Of a stretch of DNA of 33,695 bases, positions 18,518 to 27,824 are shown one piece after another (within the stretch, counting starts at the first letter, position 1; each line of letters opens with the position of its first letter). The notes under the pieces are model-generated. The model saw only the letters and a program-made list of their open reading frames with translations, ran no database searches and was not told the origin of the DNA. A program made the position numbers and the translations under genes. The stretch covers positions 1 through 33,695 of the forward strand of contig CAZHSW010000060.1 in NCBI GenBank assembly GCA_964534635.1. Reading direction: 5' to 3'. The DNA is from an uncultured Methanomicrobia archaeon. Lineage in GTDB: Archaea; Halobacteriota; Bog-38; Methanoflorentales; Methanoflorentaceae.

Positions 18518-19159
18518 TCAGGCTGCTTCTGACGATGCTGCTTTAAGCTTGATTTTCTTCAGTCGGAAGATGTTTTCGCGTTCCATTTCTTCAAGCCTGA
18601 AGACGATGAACGCCTCAGCCTCTTTTAAATCTGGAATAACGCGAAATTCGAGAGCATTCACGCGACGTTTTATTCGCTCGATTTCCATGAGCAGTCGCTT
18701 GACAGCTGTCTCGACTTCTGCGGCTCGAATGACCTTGTCTAACAGCTCCTCATAAGCAGCTGCGGCTTCATCAATGGCTGATGAAGTTCCGATAATTCCG
18801 TACCCTCGCTCATCTATATTTTGACTGATACTGGTGAAAGACACCTCTGGGACCACGACACCCATCATACTTCTGCTTGTTAAGGCTACTTCAGGCTTGT
18901 TCTTTAACGCAAACGCGGCAGAATAGACTTCGATCACACCTTCGACCATTTTTGCGATGTCTATCTTCTCCTTAGCGACTCTGTACGTGTTCGCCAAATC
19001 CATGCTCGCATCCTTAGCTTTCTCAAGGACGTCAAAGAATTCGAGAATAAGCCCATCGCGCTTCATCTTCAGCAAATCGTGGCCTGATTCGGATAAACGT
19101 ATTTTCTTCTTAATCTCGAGCAGTTCCGATCGTGTTGGTTTTATTTCCCTTAAAGCCAT
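18518..19159 (-). CDS. atpD: A-type ATP synthase subunit D (operon 2)
   Basis: 213 aa. N-terminal KPTRSELLEIKKK...GHDLLKMKRD and C-terminal RRVNALE...LEEMERENIFRLKK. Confidence 0.85.
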   Translation of the reverse strand: MALREIKPTRSELLEIKKKIRLSESGHDLLKMKRDGLILEFFDVLEKAKDASMDLANTYRVAKEKIDIAKMVEGVIEVYSAAFALKNKPEVALTSRSMMGVVVPEVSFTSISQNIDERGYGIIGTSSAIDEAAAAYEELLDKVIRAAEVETAVKRLLMEIERIKRRVNALEFRVIPDLKEAEAFIVFRLEEMERENIFRLKKIKLKAASSEAA

Positions 19160-19237
19160 ATACGCCCCTAGAATACGAGGATTATGGCACTGTGCCTGCT
19201 CCTCTGATCATTTCTTTGTAGGTCCAAGGCGCCTTTA

Positions 19238-20653
19238 TCAAGAAGGCGCTGCAACTGGCTCCTCTGCCTTTTTTCCGATGTGTGCAGGATGGTATTTCTC
19301 AATAAGCTTTTTATCAATTCTCGTCAGCTGTGCTTCAGGCAGCGCAGCCAATAAGTCCCAACCGAGCTTGAGCGTATCCTCAATACCTCGGTCTTCTTCG
19401 TAACCCTGCCGTACGAACTTGTCTTCGAATTCATCGGCAAAGTCGAGAAGCGTCTTGTCGCGGTCTGATAGTGACTCTTTCCCGACGATCGCTACAAGGC
19501 CGCGTAGGTCCTTGCCTTCGGCATACCCCGCGTAAAGCTGATCCGAAACAGCCTTGTGGTCCTCTCGCGTCTTACCAACTCCAATCCCAGAGTTCATCAG
19601 GCGGGAGAGCGAAGGAAGCACGTTAACAGGCGGATAAATTCCTCGCCGGTGCAGCTCACGAGAGATCACAAATTGCCCTTCAGTTATATATCCAGTCAGA
19701 TCGGGAATTGGATGAGTGATGTCGTCACCGGGCATAGTTAGAATGGGGATCTGCGTAATTGAGCCGATCTTCCCGCGAATTCGTCCCGCTCGTTCGTAAA
19801 CCGACGCGAGGTCGGTGTACATATACCCCGGATAACCACGTCGGCCAGGCACCTCCTCACGCGCCGCACCGATCTGTCGCAGGGCCTCGCAATAGTTCGT
19901 CATGTCGGTAAGGATGACCAAGACGTGCATATCGTGCTCATAAGCCAGATATTCGGCTGTCGTAAGCGCAAGCCGAGGGGTAATCAATCGCTCGATGGCT
20001 GGGTCGTCGGCCAAATTCAAAAACACAACAGCACGCTCAAGAGCGCCAGTACGCTCAAAATCATTCATAAAGTGTTGCGCTTCTTCTGCCGTGATGCCCA
20101 TCGCAACAAATATGACGGCAAAAGCTTCCTCGGCGCCTAATACCTTCGCCTGCCGAGCGATTTGCAGGGCTAGGTCATTATGCGGAAGACCAGATCCAGA
20201 AAAAATAGGCAATTTCTGGCCTCTAACGAGCGTGTTCATCCCGTCGATAGTTGAGATGCCAGTTTGAATGAATTCTGAAGGGTTGTCTCGAGCGTACGGA
20301 TTGATCGCTGCGCCCGTAATGTCAAGTCGCTTTTCAGGTACGATTTCTGGCCCGCCGTCAAGTGGCTCCCCCGACCCAGAGAGGATCCGACCCAGTATTT
20401 CTTTCGACACAGGCATTTTGATGACTTCGCCGGTAAACCGAATGCGCGAGTGCGTGTCAATACCCGCCGTTGTCTCGAACACTTGGATAGCAACCAACTT
20501 CTCAGACGTATCTAGAACCTGTCCCCGTTTTACCGTTCCGTCGTCTAGGATGACGTTGACGAGCTCCATGTATCCAACCGGCTCTGTTTTCTCGACAAAA
20601 ACGAGAGGGCCGGCGATGGACGTGATTGTTCGATATTCTTTCATTTTCTTCAC
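19238..20653 (-). CDS. atpB: A-type ATP synthase subunit B (operon 2)
   Basis: 471 aa. Contains [33 protein letters not shown] and [17 protein letters not shown]. The start is either GTG 20653 or ATG 20644. Confidence 0.95.
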   Translation of the reverse strand: MKKMKEYRTITSIAGPLVFVEKTEPVGYMELVNVILDDGTVKRGQVLDTSEKLVAIQVFETTAGIDTHSRIRFTGEVIKMPVSKEILGRILSGSGEPLDGGPEIVPEKRLDITGAAINPYARDNPSEFIQTGISTIDGMNTLVRGQKLPIFSGSGLPHNDLALQIARQAKVLGAEEAFAVIFVAMGITAEEAQHFMNDFERTGALERAVVFLNLADDPAIERLITPRLALTTAEYLAYEHDMHVLVILTDMTNYCEALRQIGAAREEVPGRRGYPGYMYTDLASVYERAGRIRGKIGSITQIPILTMPGDDITHPIPDLTGYITEGQFVISRELHRRGIYPPVNVLPSLSRLMNSGIGVGKTREDHKAVSDQLYAGYAEGKDLRGLVAIVGKESLSDRDKTLLDFADEFEDKFVRQGYEEDRGIEDTLKLGWDLLAALPEAQLTRIDKKLIEKYHPAHIGKKAEEPVAAPS

Positions 20654-22381
20654 CTATGCGAGTGCCGCCCGCATGGCCGTCTCAACTTCTTCAAGCTTCG
20701 TTCCGTATTCCTCTTCAAACTTTATTTGTGCCAGCTCCGCTTTTGCGGGGAGGTTTATGATTTCATCAACGAGCTTGCCCATGTTAAGTGCTTTTTTCGC
20801 GAGGTCGTCGTAAACCATTATAGCAGCAAGGATATCGTGCTGTTTTTGAAGAGCGCAGTAGGTGTCGACCTCGTGATAGGCATTTTGCTGCAGGAAGTAC
20901 TCTCGAATCATCCGCGCAACTTCCAAGGTCAGTTGCTCATCATCCGGGAGCGCGTCAGATCCTACGAGTTGCACAACTTCCTGAAGTTCACTTTCTTTCT
21001 GCAGTATCGCCATAGCGCGCATTCGAAGGTCTTCCCAATCTCCAGCAACGCGGTCAGTAAACCATTCTGCCAAATTCTGCGTGTAGAGGCTATACGAATC
21101 AAGCCAATTGATAGAGGGAAAATGACGCCGCTGCGAAAGCTTGCTGTCAAGAGCCCAGAAGACTTTAACGATCCTAAGCGTGTTTTGGGTCACTGGCTCA
21201 GAGAAGTCCCCACCAGGGGGGCTGACCGCCCCGATAACGGTGATTGAACCCTCATCGCCGCCGAGAGTCTTCACGCGTCCGGCCCGCTCATAAAATTCCG
21301 AGAGCCTCGCAGCAAGGTAGGCAGGATAACCCTCTTCTCCGGGCATTTCCTCCAGACGTGAGGAGATCTCACGCATCGCTTCAGCCCATCTAGACGTCGA
21401 GTCCGCCATTAGCGAGACGTCGTACCCCATATCGCGGAAATACTCGGCTATCGTTAAACCCGTGTACACGGAAGCCTCGCGCGCAGCCACTGGCATGTTG
21501 GAGGTGTTTGCGACGAGTACGGTTCTGTCCATCAGGGGCGCGTTCGTTTGGGGGTCCTCAAGCTCGGGGAATTCGGTAAGCACGTCTGCCATCTCATTGC
21601 CGCGCTCCCCACAGCCGATGTATACAACAATCTGCGTGTCAGACCATTTTGCGAGTTGTTGCTGCGCAACTGTCTTGCCAGAACCAAAAGGCCCTGGAAT
21701 AGCTGCGGTCCCGCCTTTCGCTACCGGAAACAGCGCGTCGAGGATCCGTTGGCCAGTAATAAGTGGAATATCAGGCATCAGTTTCTCGCTAGATGGTCTC
21801 GAAACACGCACGGGCCATTCTTGCATCAGCTTGAGTTGGGTTCCATCTTCCAAGGTGCAGATTATATCGTCAACAGTATGTTCTCCAGGCTCTATAGTGG
21901 CTATTTTTCCTTCTTTATCTGGCGGAATCATAATCTTGTGCTTCAAATTAGCAGTCTCTTGCACGTATCCTATCGACTGCCCTGCGTGAACTTCCGCGCC
22001 CGGCTGGACCTCTGGCACGAAGTCCCACTTCTTTGAGTGATCAAGCCCCGAAGCAGCTACGCCACGCTCAATAAAGTCTCCCAGCTTCAGGTTCAACACC
22101 GGAAGCGGCCGTTGGATGCCGTCGTAAATCGAGCCTAACAAGCCGGGCCCAAGCTCGACGGATAAAGGCAAGCCAGTATTCTCTACGGGCTCTCCGGGCT
22201 TGAGGCCAGAAGTATCCTCATAGACTTGAATAACAAACTTGTCGCGGTCGATCTCTATAACTTCGCCCATCAAGCCTTCTTCACCGACTTTGACAAGATC
22301 GTACATCTTCGCTTCGATTCCAGTAACGGTAACAACGGGTCCTGCAACCCTGTAAATTCTTCCCTTTTGTTCTACTTCCAC
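20654..22381 (-). CDS. atpA: A-type ATP synthase catalytic subunit A (operon 2)
   Basis: 575 aa. Walker A is the canonical GPFGSGKT. It has the same conserved blocks as the operon 1 copy. The GTG start overlaps the atpF end. Confidence 0.95.
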   Translation of the reverse strand: MEVEQKGRIYRVAGPVVTVTGIEAKMYDLVKVGEEGLMGEVIEIDRDKFVIQVYEDTSGLKPGEPVENTGLPLSVELGPGLLGSIYDGIQRPLPVLNLKLGDFIERGVAASGLDHSKKWDFVPEVQPGAEVHAGQSIGYVQETANLKHKIMIPPDKEGKIATIEPGEHTVDDIICTLEDGTQLKLMQEWPVRVSRPSSEKLMPDIPLITGQRILDALFPVAKGGTAAIPGPFGSGKTVAQQQLAKWSDTQIVVYIGCGERGNEMADVLTEFPELEDPQTNAPLMDRTVLVANTSNMPVAAREASVYTGLTIAEYFRDMGYDVSLMADSTSRWAEAMREISSRLEEMPGEEGYPAYLAARLSEFYERAGRVKTLGGDEGSITVIGAVSPPGGDFSEPVTQNTLRIVKVFWALDSKLSQRRHFPSINWLDSYSLYTQNLAEWFTDRVAGDWEDLRMRAMAILQKESELQEVVQLVGSDALPDDEQLTLEVARMIREYFLQQNAYHEVDTYCALQKQHDILAAIMVYDDLAKKALNMGKLVDEIINLPAKAELAQIKFEEEYGTKLEEVETAMRAALA

Positions 22382-22683
22382 AGGTCAACACCTACAGATC
22401 TCTTTATCTTCTCTCTCAGATGGGTACGCTCATCTGCCGCTCCACCAATTGAGATCACGGTGGGTTCGACCGAGTCGTCTAACGCAATTCGCAGCGGCGT
22501 GGACAGTTTCTCAACATCGTCGCTACTCATGATCAATATGCCGATGTCCTCCTCCTTCAAAACCTCCTTAAGCGTTGGCTCAAGACTCTCGTCAGTTGTG
22601 ATAAAGGTCTTTCGAACGCCCGCTAGCAAAAAACCGGTTACAAAATCCGCATTGCCTACAACTGCAACTTCCAAGCAACTCAC
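22372..22683 (-). CDS. atpF: A-type ATP synthase subunit F (operon 2)
   Basis: 103 aa. [20 protein letters not shown] is an F-subunit N-terminus. Confidence 0.8.
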   Translation of the reverse strand: MSCLEVAVVGNADFVTGFLLAGVRKTFITTDESLEPTLKEVLKEEDIGILIMSSDDVEKLSTPLRIALDDSVEPTVISIGGAADERTHLREKIKRSVGVDLWK

Positions 22684-22713
22684 CGCCCGTAACTACTTGC
22701 CACTGCGTGCCCT

Positions 22714-23784
22714 CTATAAGATTAGATGATCTTTAATAATTTCTTCTGGCAGATGTGCCTCTTTTCCTCGCGCTATCGCTTGGATGTTTTCCACTTCCGT
22801 GTCCTTGCTTAACATGTAGCCTAACATCGGCAATACGGTCAACGGATGGAACGTAGAGGTCTTCCAAACGTGCTCATTGAGGTATTTGTCAAGCCTTAGT
22901 TCGATCTTGCTCAACGATTCCATCTGTTCGGTGACTATATCAGAAATTGCGTCCCAATATGGGTATTTGCCAACGAGAGCGATGAGTTCAGCTATTGGGG
23001 CATTGGCCATCTTCTCGATTTCTTGGCGACGGACGTACAGTCCGTCGGGTATGATGTATTCCAGCACTCGAGAGCCGGAAATGCCAGCTTTTCTCAATCT
23101 AAACAACGTTTTTAGATTTACGACGTCAATCTCCATCTTAACGACGTTTAAATAAAGCGAGGAACCCGTAATCTTAGAAACGAGATCAACCATCCTTGCG
23201 TAATAGAACTGATCCAGCGCGTCCTCAAGCTTCATCAAGGACTCCGCGTAGTCGATATCTTTGATGACCTCATAGTAGACTGTGCCTTTCAAAGCCTCAA
23301 CGGCCTCTTGGACGCTTGATTTCTTTACTAGCGTTTGCAGGAACTCAAGGGAAAGCTCGCCGCTAGGAACCAGTACCCTCATTATCTCTTCCTCAGAAGC
23401 CCCGTACAGTTTCCCCCTAAGTATAGTCTTGATTTCGCGAATATCCCATCGTCTTAGGTATTCCACAATCAATTGGTGAGGCTCTCCCATCGTCATCTCT
23501 GTGAGCTTGACGAACGTTCGGGCTAAGTTGAGATGCGTTGCGAATTCGATGAGGTCTATACCAGAGTACCTACGTGCGAGCTCGTCAACTTCAGCCTTGT
23601 ACTCTGACTCCTCAATGAAGCGCGTCAGTTCAGGAATCGCCATTAAAAGCAATTTTGCATAGGTCTCTGCCGGCAGAAGCTTGACCTTCATAGCGCGCAC
23701 GCGGGCAGTGCCGTAAGCGTACCTAGCTTTGACTGAAGATCCAGCGTATCTTCGCTTTTTTGCCTGCGCTTTCATCCCGCTCAC
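22714..23784 (-). CDS. atpC: A-type ATP synthase subunit C (operon 2)
   Basis: 356 aa helical protein with the WDIREIKTILRGK motif. The GTGA overlap with atpE is one start option; ATG 23775 is the other. Confidence 0.85.
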   Translation of the reverse strand: MSGMKAQAKKRRYAGSSVKARYAYGTARVRAMKVKLLPAETYAKLLLMAIPELTRFIEESEYKAEVDELARRYSGIDLIEFATHLNLARTFVKLTEMTMGEPHQLIVEYLRRWDIREIKTILRGKLYGASEEEIMRVLVPSGELSLEFLQTLVKKSSVQEAVEALKGTVYYEVIKDIDYAESLMKLEDALDQFYYARMVDLVSKITGSSLYLNVVKMEIDVVNLKTLFRLRKAGISGSRVLEYIIPDGLYVRRQEIEKMANAPIAELIALVGKYPYWDAISDIVTEQMESLSKIELRLDKYLNEHVWKTSTFHPLTVLPMLGYMLSKDTEVENIQAIARGKEAHLPEEIIKDHLIL

Positions 23785-24329
23785 ACGTTTAATGTCTCTA
23801 GCAGCTGTTTCAAAGAGTCCCCTCGCACGTCCTTGAGTATAGTATCAAACGTGAGATCGCGCATGACTGTTCCGTCCTCGTTTTCCAGAATTACGCCGCC
23901 CGAACATTGAATCGTTCCGCCGTATTCTAAGCTGCTGATACGCTGAACTAGGGCCTTGTCGTTTTCATTCGAAAATACTCTAGCGTATTCATTCTGGGAT
24001 TCCAGCAGTTTTTTGATGAGATTCTCTCTTTCTGCTTCGGGTAGCGAGGCTAAGACATCAATAGCTTCATAGTATATTCGATCTATCAGTTCCTTCTTAG
24101 CGTTTAAAATGGACCGTTTGACCTCGAGATGCGCACTTGATATCTCTCGGTTCTTTCGGCGCTTGTTCAGCTCAATAGTCTGCTCCCGTTTTTCTGCAAG
24201 GATCTGACGCGCTGTATTTTCGGCACCCGCGATAATAGCATCCGCTTCAGATTGGCCTTGTTGCCTAATCTGATTGGCTTCTGCTTCTGCTCGTGCCAGA
24301 ACGTCTTTAACAACGACCTCCAAACCCAT
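23781..24329 (-). CDS. atpE: A-type ATP synthase subunit E (operon 2)
   Basis: 182 aa with a long charged N-terminal helix, positioned between K and C. Confidence 0.8.
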   Translation of the reverse strand: MGLEVVVKDVLARAEAEANQIRQQGQSEADAIIAGAENTARQILAEKREQTIELNKRRKNREISSAHLEVKRSILNAKKELIDRIYYEAIDVLASLPEAERENLIKKLLESQNEYARVFSNENDKALVQRISSLEYGGTIQCSGGVILENEDGTVMRDLTFDTILKDVRGDSLKQLLETLNV

Positions 24330-24335
24330 AGGTCC

Positions 24336-24578
24336 TCAATGTATGGCAGGCAAGGCTACAAAGAGCAATATCAACGCCACGACCAGTCCAAAAATGACGA
24401 TAGATTCTGGGATAACTGTCATCACCAGACCTCTACCGAAAAAACCTTCATCTTCCGCCATGACACCTATGGCTGCTGAGCCAATGACTTGCTCGCCTAT
24501 GGCGGCTGCTATTCCAGTTACGCTGACCGCTATCGCTGCTGACAATGCGATCAGCCCTGCTCCCATTGGATCTACCAT
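24336..24578 (-). CDS. atpK: A-type ATP synthase subunit K (c-subunit, operon 2)
   Basis: 80 aa two-helix hairpin. Helix 1 reads ...AAAIGEQVIGSAAIG (E29-Q30), the loop is AEDEG, and helix 2 is VIPESIVIFG (E58-S59). The ATG directly abuts the atpI stop (TAAATG). Confidence 0.9.
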   Translation of the reverse strand: MVDPMGAGLIALSAAIAVSVTGIAAAIGEQVIGSAAIGVMAEDEGFFGRGLVMTVIPESIVIFGLVVALILLFVALPAIH

Positions 24579-26492
24579 TTACGTTTCCTCCGTATACTTT
24601 CTCCTAAAACCGAACGGTCTATATTTAATTCCACCTCCACGATAGAACTTCGTGAAGAATTCAACATAGTGTAATCTCAAAGCCTGCAATCCAGAATCTA
24701 GGATACCCAGAGCGGTATTTACCGAGTGTCCAACGAGTAGCATTAAGACACCAAAAATGACAAAAATGCCTCCTCGCGAGAAGAATAGTGCGTCAGACAA
24801 CCTGTTCACGGCGAGGGCAATTCCGGCTGATGAGATGCCGATTGATAGAAGTCGAGAATATGAAAGCACATTAGAAAGAAGGCCAGGAAGCTCCACAATC
24901 CCGATGACTCCTTCGCCCGCAATCAGCAACACAAAGCCAACGACGGCGACTGCCAAACCTGCAATCAGCCCAGCCGAGAGCTGAATTCCCGATCCCGTGG
25001 TGAGGGGTGGCAAAATAAGGGCGATGGCAAGCACGCCTCCCCACAACATGCAGATCCAGCTCACTTTAACGAAGATCGCGTGCTTTAACCCGTGTTGCCT
25101 ATACTCATTAACAAAGCCTAGAACAAACCCGATCGTGAGCATTATTATACCAATGATCAGGGTCGCGATGAGGAGGGTGAGCACATTATCCAGCCGCGGA
25201 ATCGCCGGGTACTCAGAAATGAACGTGAGCAAGCCCTTATGTCCAAGGAATTCCACTCCAAAGAACTCGTTAAAGATAAAGCCGAATATGATCGAAAAAA
25301 CACCTGCGTAAAGGGCAACGGTAGCCAAATCTCGAACGCCCTTCGATTTTACCCATCGGGTCAATAAAACAGCCAACGCGATGACGACGACGCCGTACCC
25401 GATGTCGCCTAGCATCAATCCAAAAAGAAAAGGATACATGAATGCCATGAAAGTCGTTGGATCAATCTCATTGTACTTTGGAAGCGAAAAGGCTTTTACT
25501 AGTACCTCAAGTGGCCGCGTTGGCATCGGGTTGCTAAGTGCTATGGGGACTTTGTCAACGTCGCCGAGTTCAGAGTCGTCGACTGCGACTACAACGTGCC
25601 CGTGTGCGGCTTCGTCCATTTCACGTTGAACCAATTCAAAGTCTTTAGTAGGGACCCAACCCTCTACTACAAACGCGTTCTTCGTAGTGGCGAAGCGCAG
25701 CGGGGCTTCTGCTTTTTGCGTTTCAATGGAGAGGTACTCATCTGAGGCTAAGATATACTCGATATATTTTTGCCGAAGGCCTGCTAAGTCATCTTCGCTC
25801 TGGCGTTTATCTGACTCAAGTTCTGTGAGCTCTCCGTCGAGATCCGCGAGCAGGTCTCTTGGCACACCCTCTAGTTGTGGGAGTGGAAGAGCGGCATAGC
25901 TATGGTCCTGCAAGCGTTTCAAAATATCTTCTTCGAATTCTCGAGGCGCAAAAAGAGCGATCGCCAGACCACGTCCATACGGGACAGTCTCGAGCTCATA
26001 GTCTTGAGTGATATCGCTAATCGTTGGCGACCCTTTCAGCGTTCCTACAAATACTGCCAGAGAGCGGTAGCCGCTATAAAGATCGAGCGGCAGGTCGAAA
26101 CTCTTAAGAGGGTCGAGCAACCGCTTCTTTTCTTTAGTATCCTTGATTTTGGATTCGATCTCGTTTATCCTTTCTGTGACTTGCGTGACTTCAACATCGA
26201 GGCGCTTTGTTTTCTCGTCGATAGTGTCGATGATAGTCCTTTCTAAGAACTTACTCGGAATCTCCTCTTTGCCCTTGATGTGGAGATAGCTTGCAATGGA
26301 CCGCAACGAAACCGCGCGCTCAGAAAGCTGGGTGATACGTGCATAAGGCTTGCCGATTTTGAAGTCCTGATCTTCATCAACGAAGTCCTTAATATGGATA
26401 GCATCGCGCTTATGCATCGCGTCGATGGCGATGCCCATGTATTCTTCAGACCCTGCAATGATGACCTTGGTCATCGGTTGCGGCTCAAACAT
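24579..26492 (-). CDS. atpI: A-type ATP synthase subunit I (operon 2)
   Basis: About 637-645 aa, with a soluble N-terminal half plus TM helices and LSYSRLLSIGISS carrying the conserved Arg. I chose ATG 26492 as the start (8-nt overlap with the atpH stop). The ORF track start is TTG 26516, and ATG 26474 is also possible. Confidence 0.9.
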   Translation of the reverse strand: MFEPQPMTKVIIAGSEEYMGIAIDAMHKRDAIHIKDFVDEDQDFKIGKPYARITQLSERAVSLRSIASYLHIKGKEEIPSKFLERTIIDTIDEKTKRLDVEVTQVTERINEIESKIKDTKEKKRLLDPLKSFDLPLDLYSGYRSLAVFVGTLKGSPTISDITQDYELETVPYGRGLAIALFAPREFEEDILKRLQDHSYAALPLPQLEGVPRDLLADLDGELTELESDKRQSEDDLAGLRQKYIEYILASDEYLSIETQKAEAPLRFATTKNAFVVEGWVPTKDFELVQREMDEAAHGHVVVAVDDSELGDVDKVPIALSNPMPTRPLEVLVKAFSLPKYNEIDPTTFMAFMYPFLFGLMLGDIGYGVVVIALAVLLTRWVKSKGVRDLATVALYAGVFSIIFGFIFNEFFGVEFLGHKGLLTFISEYPAIPRLDNVLTLLIATLIIGIIMLTIGFVLGFVNEYRQHGLKHAIFVKVSWICMLWGGVLAIALILPPLTTGSGIQLSAGLIAGLAVAVVGFVLLIAGEGVIGIVELPGLLSNVLSYSRLLSIGISSAGIALAVNRLSDALFFSRGGIFVIFGVLMLLVGHSVNTALGILDSGLQALRLHYVEFFTKFYRGGGIKYRPFGFRRKYTEET

Positions 26493-26808
26493 AACGGGTT
26501 CCCTTAAACTCCTCAATTAAATAAGAGAGAGCCTCCGCGTGCTTCTTCTCTGCGCGCTCTTTGACTTTCAAGACGTCTGCCTCTCCCGCTTTATAGATTT
26601 CTTGCGTAGCTTTGCTTATTTCTGCGTCGGCGCTCGCATTCAAGTCTTCCGCTATCTTAATCGCTTCTTGTTCTGCGGCATCAATAATCTGCAACGATTT
26701 CTTCTTTGCGTCCTCGATTGTGGCTTCTTTTTGGGTCTGCGCTTCGTCGATCATCCGTTGGGCTTCCGCTTCGGCAGCCTTGATCTGAGATAGTATCTCT
26801 GCCTTCAT
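26485..26808 (-). CDS. atpH: A-type ATP synthase subunit H (operon 2)
   Basis: 107 aa Ala/Glu/Lys-rich coiled coil. It is the first gene of the reverse-strand H-I-K-E-C-F-A-B-D array. Confidence 0.75.
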   Translation of the reverse strand: MKAEILSQIKAAEAEAQRMIDEAQTQKEATIEDAKKKSLQIIDAAEQEAIKIAEDLNASADAEISKATQEIYKAGEADVLKVKERAEKKHAEALSYLIEEFKGTRYV

Positions 26809-26841
26809 GTGACCAAACCCGCGGTATAATGACGAGGGATG

Positions 26842-26849
26842 TTATTTAA
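26842..26849 (-). promoter_or_regulatory. TATA-like box upstream of operon 2 atpH
   Basis: Reverse strand TTAAATAA lies 34-41 nt upstream of ATG 26808, consistent with a short-leader transcript. Confidence 0.3.
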
Positions 26850-26922
26850 GCTTTAGCAAAAGCAATTCCGAATCACGCCTCAGCAAGAACGAATCTGCTA
26901 ACTGCCTTATCTGCGCCTTCAG

Positions 26923-27705
26923 CTACACTTTTAGATAGTCCGCAGCATACACGTTCTGGTTGAGGAGTATACTGCACGTTTTTATCGTGTCTAGCAACTC
27001 GTGATCGTCGGTATTTATTATAGCTGAGGAGAGACCTGCCCCGATCAGCATCGCCAAAAACGTTCTCTCTATGAGCCGCGGATTCTTCGTTTCGTGCGAG
27101 ATGTTGTTGAGGCCGACAGTCGTCTTCAGCAGCGCCGCGGGGCTAGTTAGCAAGCTGATTCGCCGAACTGCCTCGACAACCACCGGCGCTTGATCTTGTG
27201 CGGAGCTCACTGGCAAACAAACGGGGTCGACATATAACTTTTCAACATCGACCCCATGCTCGCAGGCGCTGGCGACAAGCGTCGCTGCGCGTTCCACGCG
27301 TTTGTCAACGTCTCCAAGGATAAACTGCTCATCCATGGTCATACAAATAATGTCCGAATCGTGCTCCGCGCCCAGCGGAAAAAGCGTCGCCATCTTCTCC
27401 TGCTCGGCCGGGATCGAATTGATCATCGATCTTCCTTTGACCGCATTGATGCCTGCTTTCATTACGTCAATCTTCGGCGTGTCGACTGAAAGCGTGACAT
27501 CTACGACTTCTTGCACGGTCGCGACCAGCCACTTCATAAGCTCAGCGGCATCATTCCTACCTAACCCCACGTTGAGGTCGAGTATTTGGGCATCGGCTTC
27601 CACTTGCCTAATTGCAAGGTCCTGGATCGCCTTCGAATCTCGCTTATCGAGTAACGCGCTGATCGACTTTGAATAGCCGTTTATGGTGCCGCCGATAATT
27701 ATCAT
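26923..27705 (-). CDS. acsE: Methyl-tetrahydrofolate(pterin):corrinoid/Fe-S protein methyltransferase, AcsE-like
   Basis: Pterin-binding barrel, collinear from memory with bacterial AcsE: MIIIGxxING, LDLNVG, MINS, LYVDP, VGLNNISH, RTFLAM and C-terminal LLNQNVY. About 260 aa from ATG 27705; the ORF track starts at TTG 27720. Confidence 0.85.
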   Translation of the reverse strand: MIIIGGTINGYSKSISALLDKRDSKAIQDLAIRQVEADAQILDLNVGLGRNDAAELMKWLVATVQEVVDVTLSVDTPKIDVMKAGINAVKGRSMINSIPAEQEKMATLFPLGAEHDSDIICMTMDEQFILGDVDKRVERAATLVASACEHGVDVEKLYVDPVCLPVSSAQDQAPVVVEAVRRISLLTSPAALLKTTVGLNNISHETKNPRLIERTFLAMLIGAGLSSAIINTDDHELLDTIKTCSILLNQNVYAADYLKV

Positions 27706-27790
27706 AGCATTGCTTCGCAAAATGCAAATGATTAGTTAACCGTTACATTTTAACACTTTCGCTTCGGCGCGCGATTTACTGCCGGAGAAC

Positions 27791-27798
27791 CTATATAT
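27791..27798 (+). promoter_or_regulatory. TATA-like box upstream of the RACo gene
   Basis: CTATATAT lies 60-67 nt upstream of the TTG start at 27858, in the 152-nt divergent acsE/RACo intergenic region. Confidence 0.3.
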
Positions 27799-27824
27799 CA
27801 AAATACAATATACAAGGCACACGT

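Noticed and set aside
14137-22381. Inteins or other insertions in the catalytic A subunits
   Set aside because: Both A subunits are of standard length (579 and 575 aa) and align collinearly with each other, with no extra block.
20268-22729. Long + strand ORFs (20268-20813, 20726-21247, 21462-21989, 21548-22036, 22226-22729). Similar ones occur at 24274-25311 and 25381-26246.
   Set aside because: They are antisense shadows of the atpB/A/F/C/K/I genes of operon 2. Their proteins are Ser/Pro/Arg-rich and low in complexity, while the reverse strand carries unmistakable ATPase motifs.
9351-26808. Possible large nucleotide-level inverted repeat or recent segmental duplication, or an assembly artefact that duplicated the ATPase operon
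   Set aside because: Even in the most conserved peptide blocks the codons differ at most third positions, and the E and H subunits are barely alignable. These are old paralogs or xenologs, not a DNA-level repeat.
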